This document shows, in pieces, positions 56,560 to 63,894 of a DNA stretch of 64,000 nucleotides. A program made the translations under genes and the position numbers. The DNA lies in assembly GCF_048403405.1 (NCBI RefSeq), contig NZ_CP183129.1. One strand, 5' to 3'. Source of the DNA: Escherichia coli. Lineage in GTDB: Bacteria; Pseudomonadota; Gammaproteobacteria; Enterobacterales; Enterobacteriaceae. The notes below the pieces were generated by a model that did not search any database, had not been told where the DNA came from, and was given only the letters and a program-made list of their open reading frames with translations. Every line of letters starts with the position of its first letter. Within the stretch, counting starts at the first letter, position 1.

Positions 56560-57411
56560 ATGAAAAAAATAAATTTGTTTTTTGGCATAGTGCTTTCAAT
56601 AGTCTCTGTAAATCCTACAGCTGCCAGTTCATTGCAATGCAATAAGGATAACTTTGATGCATGCAAAACGTGCGAACAATTATCAAAGGCTATCGACTTA
56701 AAAGAACCTAATCGTGGCGATTACTATAGAGGGGCTTTATGGAATGGGCTTTACGCCTCTTATGTAATTAATTGCCCTGTGGTTGCAGAGAAGTTACTGA
56801 GCCATGGTGCTATACCATCATATGGCGGATATATGGGGTCTATGGGGGCGGTTCTGACAGGAAAATGGCCTCATAACAATGAATCAATAAATCTTTCATG
56901 GGCAGATTTGCTTATAAAACATGGATTTGATGTTAATAGGCATACGGGGAATTATAAATCAGCTACTGAAGTATGGGCTATAGATAAAAAACAGATTGAA
57001 TATAAGTCAGTTTTTGACAAGTTAATTCAATCCAGCGAAGTAAAACCACTCGATCCTTCAAGAAATTTAGAATGGTGTGCGTCTGAAGGGTATCGCTCAG
57101 TTGTCGTTTATTCCCTTAACTCATGTATAGAAAATGCTATAAAACGTTTGGATGACGGTGTTTCTTCAGCGTCTGATATTTCATCAGCAGCCGTAAATTC
57201 CTGTACTAGCGATGTAGAAAATTTCAATAAGCATTTGGCATGCAAAGCAGCTGTTAAAGAAAACTCTGATAAAGAGAGAAGCAACGTTTACCAGTTATTA
57301 ACCAGTGATAGTCAAATGAATAAAAATGTTATTGATATGCTGAAGGAAAGAAATATTGAAACGGTTCTTGAATTTAGAGCTGAAAATCGATCAGCGAAAA
57401 CTGCACAGTGA
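56560..57411 (+). CDS. secreted moron protein, low GC, possible ankyrin-like repeats
   Basis: 283-aa ORF with signal peptide MKKINLFFGIVLSIVSVNPTAAS; markedly AT-rich relative to flanking late genes; weak ankyrin-like segments (VAEKLLSHGA, ADLLIKHGFDVN). Confidence 0.55.
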   Translation: MKKINLFFGIVLSIVSVNPTAASSLQCNKDNFDACKTCEQLSKAIDLKEPNRGDYYRGALWNGLYASYVINCPVVAEKLLSHGAIPSYGGYMGSMGAVLTGKWPHNNESINLSWADLLIKHGFDVNRHTGNYKSATEVWAIDKKQIEYKSVFDKLIQSSEVKPLDPSRNLEWCASEGYRSVVVYSLNSCIENAIKRLDDGVSSASDISSAAVNSCTSDVENFNKHLACKAAVKENSDKERSNVYQLLTSDSQMNKNVIDMLKERNIETVLEFRAENRSAKTAQ

Positions 57412-57418
57412 TCAAACA

Positions 57419-57442
57419 GGCCGCTTTCGCGGCCTTGTTTTT
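57419..57442. terminator. terminator hairpin (ggccgctttcgcggcc + T-run), copy 1
   Basis: ggccgctttcgcggcc followed by ttgttttt; identical hairpin recurs at 60670. Confidence 0.7.
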
Positions 57443-57601
57443 AACGAATGCCACCGCCGCCAGGGCGGGAATCCGCAGAACGCCCACCGCAGCGGGAGCC
57501 GTCAGCGGCAGTATCGCTGTCGTGCTGACAACGACCGGCAAAGGCCTGAGTTGAAGCTACCAGAGACAACAAAACGAACAGTGCAGCAAATGCTTTTTTC
57601 A
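57441..57601 (-). CDS. small secreted peptide (hypothetical)
   Basis: 53-aa ORF MKKAFAALFVLLSLVASTQA... with signal peptide; short, weak RBS. Confidence 0.3.
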
Positions 57602-57673
57602 TTGTGAAATTTCCATCTATAAGCCACCTCAATGTGGCGTCAATGAGTGTAGCACTGACTTTTGTTTCGTCCA

Positions 57674-57697
57674 CAAAAAAGCCCGCAGCGCGGGCTT
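57674..57697 (-). terminator. rho-independent terminator after small membrane protein gene
   Basis: agcccgc-agc-gcgggct hairpin with A-run on + strand (U-tract on - strand). Confidence 0.6.
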
Positions 57698-57929
57698 ACT
57701 TTTCTTCAGGTTTGTTGTCTTCAGATTTCTTCTTGATGCTTGGTTTTTGTCTAAGACCGAAAATACCAGCCACTGCAACAACTGTACCGATCACTGTGCC
57801 AGCTAGAACTTCATGACCTGTTAAACCTAATAATGTTGCACAAGCTACTGTAAAAATAGTTGCACTCAGGCCAAACCACTGCCCACGTTTATCTCTATTA
57901 ATAGCCCCGTCAAGTGCCTTTTCCTCCAT
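57696..57929 (-). CDS. small two-TM membrane protein
   Basis: 77-aa ORF; hydrophobic segments WFGLSATIFTVACATLLGL and VIGTVVAVAGIFGL; Lys-rich C-terminus. Confidence 0.45.
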   Translation of the reverse strand: MEEKALDGAINRDKRGQWFGLSATIFTVACATLLGLTGHEVLAGTVIGTVVAVAGIFGLRQKPSIKKKSEDNKPEEK

Positions 57930-58169
57930 TTTCTGGCGGTGAGCAAACTCCTTCTCCGTCAGCTGGAAGATGCGTTCGGGGGCATCAGGTAAAATATCCT
58001 GATACCCGCGAAGCAGATAGGGGGAGGAAGCGGACCCTGAAACGCATGGTGAGCGACAACTATCTCCTGAATTTCAGGGCGATCAAGAACTCTTGTGAAG
58101 GCATCTGGGTGTTGAATGATCTCGTTACTTAGCCCTTCCTCAACTTCCTCGAACTCAGTTTCTTCGTTA

Positions 58170-58496
58170 TCACTTGGTTGCCCAATAGATTTTTGCATAT
58201 TTGTCGAAGGACATTCCTTTAGCTTCTGGTTTTCCTCTTGCATTTGAGTTTTTCCCTGTCACTATTGCCCATTTTCCGCCAGCAGGCGCTGCAATTTTTT
58301 TTCCGTTCTTTACTATATATTCAGCATAAACACGATTTTCTGACCGTCTGAGATCGTCTCCGACCATATTCATGTCTCTTGATATAACTTTGACGACAGA
58401 GTCTCGGTTTAAAGCCTTGGCATAGTTGGAGCCAGGAACGATACCCAAAGGGGTGCCAGACTCTATAGCCAGCTCCTTGACATATCTTCTGCTCAT
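58170..58496 (-). CDS. hypothetical protein (possible small DNA-binding protein)
   Basis: 108-aa ORF from ATG 58496 (MSRRYVKELAIESG...); a perfect TTACC-N5-GGTAA site lies 22 bp upstream. Confidence 0.4.
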   Translation of the reverse strand: MSRRYVKELAIESGTPLGIVPGSNYAKALNRDSVVKVISRDMNMVGDDLRRSENRVYAEYIVKNGKKIAAPAGGKWAIVTGKNSNARGKPEAKGMSFDKYAKIYWATK

Positions 58497-58517
58497 ATGA
58501 ACCTCAACCAATCGACT

Positions 58518-58532
58518 TTACCAATCGGGTAA
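58518..58532. promoter_or_regulatory. perfect TTACC-N5-GGTAA palindrome
   Basis: TTACCAATCGGGTAA upstream of the 58496 gene. Confidence 0.5.
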
Positions 58533-58617
58533 TTTTAAACATGAGTATAATGCTTTTAACTGCAACGAGTGTAAACAATTATTGATAATTGTAGGCACAT
58601 CCCTGTGCCGCCGCCCG

Positions 58618-59310
58618 TCAGAAGAACCCTGCTTTGTCGTTGATGTACTCCGCGTGCGTCTGGATATCACGCAGGCATTTGCTCACACCGACGATGTAGC
58701 AGAACATGGTGGTCAACTCCGCCGCCGCGCCCGATACGTCGTGCCCGTCTTCCTGTAACTGGTTTAGCAGATTCATCAGCAGTGAGTTCTCCGTCAGGCC
58801 GAGAACACCAGACGGCGAATGAATCAGGCTGCGGTAGCCGGGCTTCAGTGGGGCGCTGTAGGTTTTGTTCTCTACCTTCATTGCCTGCATCACTGCTGAT
58901 GCTGTGGCGTTGGCTACCTGGTCGGCAACCATCTTTATGCGTTCTTCCTGCGGGAGCGAGTTTTTAATGTAACTTCCGGTGCGGCGGATCTGAGGAAGAA
59001 CCTCACCTGTAACCCATTCAAGAAATCTGAATGCTCTCGTTCCCTCAGTCATTGCCTCTTTGCAACGCAGAATAAGGATGTAGAGACCTGATTCTGAAAC
59101 GATGGATAGTTCTTGTATTCCACCAGGGGTCTGTATTGAATACAGCCCCTTTTTGTTCCAGCCTTTTTTATCAAGTTTTCTCGCTTGTGTAACATCAATA
59201 TTCAAAGCATTGCACACATCTTTGGTGACAAACCAAGGTTCTCCGTCAATCATGAACATACGGATCTGGCAGGATGACTCAAAGGAAAAGATGGAAGGTT
59301 TGGTATTCAT
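58618..59310 (-). CDS. antirepressor, Bro-N domain plus C-terminal antirepressor domain
   Basis: N-terminus MNTKPSIFSFESSCQIRMFMIDGEPWFVTKDVCNALNI is a Bro-N/KilA-N-type signature; C-terminal domain has a paralog at 60693-60950. Confidence 0.7.
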   Translation of the reverse strand: MNTKPSIFSFESSCQIRMFMIDGEPWFVTKDVCNALNIDVTQARKLDKKGWNKKGLYSIQTPGGIQELSIVSESGLYILILRCKEAMTEGTRAFRFLEWVTGEVLPQIRRTGSYIKNSLPQEERIKMVADQVANATASAVMQAMKVENKTYSAPLKPGYRSLIHSPSGVLGLTENSLLMNLLNQLQEDGHDVSGAAAELTTMFCYIVGVSKCLRDIQTHAEYINDKAGFF

Positions 59311-59577
59311 AGCGATCACCTTTGTAGTTAGGTTAATCACCACCGCTGAGACCAATCAGATGGTGGTGAACTGTGCAGAGTTGGTCTTACCGGCTACAAA
59401 GGAACCCGGCGCACCTTTCGGTGCCCCCACACAGCCCACCATAGAATAGGTGCGCTTTACACATAAAAAAACCGCTTATGCGGCATATGTGCCTCTGTAG
59501 TAATCCGGGAGACCAATCCCGGCACTGGATTTTGCCAGTGCCCGATTACTATGGCACAAGAGGAGTGCAATGTAAAT

Positions 59578-59592
59578 TTACCGAAAAGGTAA
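59578..59592. promoter_or_regulatory. perfect TTACC-N5-GGTAA palindrome about 270 bp upstream of antirepressor
   Basis: TTACCGAAAAGGTAA. Confidence 0.5.
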
Positions 59593-59753
59593 TAATAAAT
59601 GCATAACTCACGTTATTTCAACCCTATATGGTTTGATTTATCCCATTTCAGAAAATACCTGCCTATTTTTTTGCCAGTATGCGTATACTTTCGATAGAAT
59701 GTTTACCCTAGAGGTAGTTGGGGGTGCCCGTGAACACGAAGAGAGCTACAGTA

Positions 59754-60173
59754 ATGCAGCATTTGAGGAAATCAGAAAAAAATAAAGACCATGAAATATT
59801 GAGTAAGGCCATTGTTCGGGCTTCCAATAATACTGTTATACCTCATGCTGAAGAGTCTGGACAGAAATTTCTTATTCGGTATTTCACTGAAAATAGTGCA
59901 GTTGAGGAGATTTTAAAACATCAGGGAGGGGAATTTAAATGTGGAAAACTGGCAGATTATGTTCGTCGTGAAACGTCTGAACAAGAAGTATATTATGCTG
60001 ATATTAATCATAAGTCAGGTGTGAAAATTGTAATAGGCTATTACACAACTCCCAAAAATGTTATGCATGAGGTCCCAAAGATGTCCGTCGAGAAATCTCA
60101 TGCAATCTCGCGCAGGATGTTTGCACGCACTGCCGAAGATATGGCTCAGGAGCTCTACGACGATGCTGAATAA
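59754..60173 (+). CDS. hypothetical protein, candidate partner of YafO-like toxin
   Basis: About 140 aa from ATG 59754; stop overlaps the start of the downstream gene (ATGCTGAATAA); low GC. Confidence 0.5.
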   Translation: MQHLRKSEKNKDHEILSKAIVRASNNTVIPHAEESGQKFLIRYFTENSAVEEILKHQGGEFKCGKLADYVRRETSEQEVYYADINHKSGVKIVIGYYTTPKNVMHEVPKMSVEKSHAISRRMFARTAEDMAQELYDDAE

Positions 60174-60668
60174 ATTCCAGGGGTTGGTTCACCCTGGAAT
60201 TTTTGGGAAGGACCCTGAGCTAATACCTATCAAAAACGCGTTCATAGATCACTGGCGCTACGGTCATCATAAGGATTTCGGAAAGGACACTCTGTTTCGG
60301 GATCCACCGAAAGAAATGCTGGAATATCACATACGCCACGTTCACGTAAACATCGGAAACTATACTGACAAGTTTGGTGAGAGCGGTACGGACAATGCTG
60401 GAAAAACTGGGCGTCTGGGAAGAAAGACAAGACCACTAACAAGCATAAAAAGATCCCAACCAGTGACGTGTATGTGATTTATCTGGTCACATCTGAACGC
60501 CATGCCTTCCTTCTGGATTATTGGGATGAACCAGCACATAAGACAGTAGAAATTGACGAGCAGAAGCAAAAATTAGTTGTCGAGTGTGACAGAATTTTGC
60601 GGCTGAAAAAGTTAGAATCCATGCCGCGCGATGCTAGTTTGTGGGACCCAGAATTTTACGACTGTTAA
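60163..60668 (+). pseudogene. YafO-like toxin gene interrupted by a frameshift (or sequencing error)
   Basis: N-terminal part in one frame (to 60477: ...FGKDTLFRDPPKEMLEYHIRHVHV) and C-terminal part in another (60381-60668: ...VYVIYLVTSERHAFLLDYWDEPAHK) both resemble E. coli YafO as I recall it; frames overlap 60381-60477. Confidence 0.45.
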
Positions 60669-60669
60669 T

Positions 60670-60694
60670 GGCCGCTTTCGCGGCCTTTAAATTT
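60670..60694. terminator. terminator hairpin (ggccgctttcgcggcc), copy 2
   Basis: Identical 16-bp hairpin to 57419-57434, followed by tttaaattt. Confidence 0.65.
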
Positions 60695-60950
60695 ACCGGG
60701 TTTGTTTTCGTAATTGTTCGGCACAATAGTCGAGATGTGTTTGCAGATCCCGCATAGACATCTGTGAGCTGGTGACGTAGTTAATCAGTGCAGTCAGTTC
60801 GGCAAGTGGGCCATCGACATTAAATCCATCCTTATCGAGATCCCGGAGTAATTTCATCAAGTGCGATCCCTCCACCAGTGACCTGACGCCTCCCGGCGTG
60901 TGAATCCTTTCGGTAAATCCGTCTTCCAGTGGATAGTGATACTGCTGCAT
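60693..60950 (-). CDS. free-standing antirepressor C-terminal-domain paralog
   Basis: About 85 aa from internal ATG (MQQYHYPLEDG...); shares L..LL..L..DG..V.G..AELT.....Y.......RD.QTH..Y pattern with the C-terminus of the 58618-59310 antirepressor. Confidence 0.5.
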   Translation of the reverse strand: MQQYHYPLEDGFTERIHTPGGVRSLVEGSHLMKLLRDLDKDGFNVDGPLAELTALINYVTSSQMSMRDLQTHLDYCAEQLRKQTR

Positions 60951-61026
60951 CTTATCTTCTCCATGCAATAACTGTATGTTTATACAGTAACAAATAATTT
61001 GTTTGCTATCCAGCACGTTTTGCAAA

Positions 61027-61041
61027 TTACCTGAAAGGTAA
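61027..61041. promoter_or_regulatory. perfect TTACC-N5-GGTAA palindrome between ant-C paralog and tailspike
   Basis: TTACCTGAAAGGTAA; ATGTGGTT motif at 61074-61081. Confidence 0.5.
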
Positions 61042-61145
61042 TATCTATTCGTATTTACAGCCTTTCTATCCATATGTGGTTTTTCAGGTAATAGAATAAC
61101 CAGATATGCGGCGCAACGGGTGCTGCGACTATCTGGAGATTTAAC

Positions 61146-63797
61146 ATGACGGTCTCAACCGAAGTTGACCACAACGAATACACTGGTAACGGAGCTACGA
61201 CATCATTTCCGTATACCTTCCGTATTTTCAAAAAATCCGACCTGGTTGTTCAGGTGTCTGACCTGAACGGGAACGTAACAGAATTGGTTCTGGATACTGA
61301 CTACACAGTAACCAATGCTGGAGGATATAATGGCGGTAATGTAATTCTGTCGAAGGCGTTGGCTAACGGTTATCATATTTCTATATCACGAGAGCTCCCG
61401 GTTACGCAGGATACTGATTTGCGTAATCAGGGTAAGTTCTTCGCTGAGGTACATGAAGACGCGTTCGATAAACTGACAATGCTTATTCAAAAGTGTTTTT
61501 CATGGATGAGGTTAGCACTTATAAAACCAAGCATTCTGGCTAACTATTATGATGCAAAAAATAATAAGATATCAAATCTAGCAAATGCCACTGACAGAAA
61601 CGATGCTGTCAATAAAGGTTATGTTGATGATCTTTTTACTGGAGGTGTAACGCCTACACCTAACAGCGTTAAAAACGATATTTTTACAAATCACCAAAGA
61701 AAGATTGTAGCTACGATGCCGCTTCTTTTTCCTGAATATGATGCGATTATGGCTGCTAACCCGTCAGCAACTTATATGTATCCTCAAGGATTCTGCGTTA
61801 GCGAAGATTTGATATACATCACTTATCCATTTGAGCCTAAACAGACGAATAATGTCGTCGCAGTATTTAACATATCTGGTATTTATCAAGGTTATTTCTA
61901 TGTTCAGGCTGGCGGCCCAGGCTTCGCTGCTGAAGGAATCGTGGTTACGTCAGACTATGGCCCCAAAAAAATGTTTGTTGGTCACACAAACGGAATACTG
62001 CGTGAATTTAATATGGAGGGGGCATTATACGGAAGCAATCTGCCTCTTGTACAAAACCATGATGTTGGATTATTCAACCAGTTCAGCTACAGAAGAGGTA
62101 TATGGCTCGTTGAGCAGAATGCGCCAGAAGTAGGACAGAAAATCACAAGAACTGTACTTGCAGTGTTCGACAGTGGTTTCAATCGCCTGTCAACTATAAC
62201 GCTGCCGTTACATGATGTTGGGTATGTAACTAAAAGCACCTCACCTTATGCGCCTTATTTCAACAAGCGTCAGGGTATTGCGGTAGGTGATAACTACTTT
62301 GTCTGCGGCTATGGCGGCTTCATAGCTGATGGGGCAGGAAGCGCAGGATATAACGAATATCAGGGCAGCAAAGTTTTTAACCCTGACGGTACAAAGCGAA
62401 CTGAATCAATGCTTCATCCTCAGGCCATGATGGATTTAATGAAAGCCGCAGGATTGAACGTCACTCGCATAGAAAATGAAGGCGTTTGTGTTTCTCAGGA
62501 TGGAAAATCCATTTATTCACTTTACATTCATCAGGAAAGAACTGGCTCTGAACCTTACAATTCAGGTTTGGTTATTTTCGAAGATTTCTCCACTGATAAA
62601 GATGCTATCGATTTTACACCTGCATCCAGGCTTTACCGCGGATTTGATATCGATCACGCGAGCATTGGGGTATATCCCCGTAGTGCGAAGGGGATTGTTA
62701 ACCCTGTAGATGGTACGTTGTTCACTAACATGACTGAAATTCTTCGCTATATGCAGGAGATGAGTCAGAAGGCATTTAATTTTTACACAGGGACTGTCAG
62801 CATTGCTGATATATCTGGCGTGGCAATCCCTTCCAGCACATATGTTGAAATACTGAATGCGAATAATCAGACTTTTATAGTCAACTATTATTCATCTGAT
62901 AGTGGTATTAGTTATTTGGTTGCAACTAATCCTTCTGGTGACTTTGTATTTGTGCGCCAGCGACCGGCACAGTGGGCATCTAACTTAACCATTCAGCAAA
63001 ACGCAGATCCTGATACAAACCAATTAAACCGCATCACTGCATCATCATATGCCGGTGCAACTACAAACTCTCAGAAAATATTGGTCCTTGACCAGCAGGC
63101 TACAGCTAGCGCAAATAGCTTGGTATTGGGCGGTAGTTCTTCTGTGTTTAGGTCTGCCACCACGGTGGATATTGCATGCAACAGCGACCCGACAGCATTG
63201 GGAGGAACCATACGCTGGCGGTTTTATGATACAGGTCTTCGCCCGTTTGCTGACAATACCTATAATTTTGGTCAGGCATCGTTTCGTATTAAAGACGCCT
63301 ACTTTGCAAATGCCCCAACCGTTTCATCAGATGCCACGCTGAAAACCAATCCCGAGGCAATATCAGATTTAAGTGAAATGCTTTCTTCTGATAGAGACAG
63401 CATTCTTGATGCCTGGGGCGATATTTCTGTTGTGGCGTATCGATGGCTCGACGCTATATCCATGAAGGGCGATGGTGCCAGATGGCATTTTGGCGTCATG
63501 GCTCAGCAGGTAAGGGATGTATTCTTGGCGCACGGAATTGATGGAACCAGATTTGGCCTTCTTTGCTATGACGAGTGGGATGATATTTTTGAGCCGGTAA
63601 TCGCGACTAAAGAGATTACCGATACGTCTGGTGAGTTGGTCACCGTCGAATATGACACCGGAGAACAGAGGCTGGTTAAAAAAGCGGGTAGTTCATGGGG
63701 TATACGGCCTGACCAGTGCGCTTGGCTTGAGGCTGCATATCAGCGCCGTCGATGCGATCGTATTGAAGAGCGACTCGAACTATTGGAATCAAAATAA
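61146..63797 (+). CDS. tailspike/tail fiber with N-terminal podovirus adaptor domain and C-terminal intramolecular chaperone (peptidase S74-like) domain
   Basis: 883-aa ORF; N-terminus resembles T7 gp17 N-terminal domain pattern; C-terminal ~130 aa resemble self-cleaving chaperone domains of endosialidase-type tailspikes. Confidence 0.8.
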   Translation: MTVSTEVDHNEYTGNGATTSFPYTFRIFKKSDLVVQVSDLNGNVTELVLDTDYTVTNAGGYNGGNVILSKALANGYHISISRELPVTQDTDLRNQGKFFAEVHEDAFDKLTMLIQKCFSWMRLALIKPSILANYYDAKNNKISNLANATDRNDAVNKGYVDDLFTGGVTPTPNSVKNDIFTNHQRKIVATMPLLFPEYDAIMAANPSATYMYPQGFCVSEDLIYITYPFEPKQTNNVVAVFNISGIYQGYFYVQAGGPGFAAEGIVVTSDYGPKKMFVGHTNGILREFNMEGALYGSNLPLVQNHDVGLFNQFSYRRGIWLVEQNAPEVGQKITRTVLAVFDSGFNRLSTITLPLHDVGYVTKSTSPYAPYFNKRQGIAVGDNYFVCGYGGFIADGAGSAGYNEYQGSKVFNPDGTKRTESMLHPQAMMDLMKAAGLNVTRIENEGVCVSQDGKSIYSLYIHQERTGSEPYNSGLVIFEDFSTDKDAIDFTPASRLYRGFDIDHASIGVYPRSAKGIVNPVDGTLFTNMTEILRYMQEMSQKAFNFYTGTVSIADISGVAIPSSTYVEILNANNQTFIVNYYSSDSGISYLVATNPSGDFVFVRQRPAQWASNLTIQQNADPDTNQLNRITASSYAGATTNSQKILVLDQQATASANSLVLGGSSSVFRSATTVDIACNSDPTALGGTIRWRFYDTGLRPFADNTYNFGQASFRIKDAYFANAPTVSSDATLKTNPEAISDLSEMLSSDRDSILDAWGDISVVAYRWLDAISMKGDGARWHFGVMAQQVRDVFLAHGIDGTRFGLLCYDEWDDIFEPVIATKEITDTSGELVTVEYDTGEQRLVKKAGSSWGIRPDQCAWLEAAYQRRRCDRIEERLELLESK

Positions 63798-63894
63798 GAC
63801 CAAATTTAGGTAATTATTATCCGTAAATGGTTTATTGTGTATGATGGACCTCATCTTCTAAGGGGGTTTTTATGCACAATAAACGGTGGTTACC

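Noticed and set aside
57959-58243. 94-aa acidic ORF overlapping the 3' end of the 58170-58496 gene, considered as a possible DNA-mimic anti-restriction protein
   Set aside because: The start is ambiguous, the ORF overlaps its neighbour by up to 74 bp and its C-terminal third looks like read-through; acidity alone is insufficient. Left unannotated pending homolog or expression evidence.
31071-61041. TTACC-N5-GGTAA palindrome as a LexA (SOS) box or other known host operator
   Set aside because: The LexA consensus is CTGT-N8-ACAG; the motif also does not match the host operators I could recall (PurR, GntR-type, CytR, Fis, IHF). A phage-specific factor seems more likely, but this is not proven.
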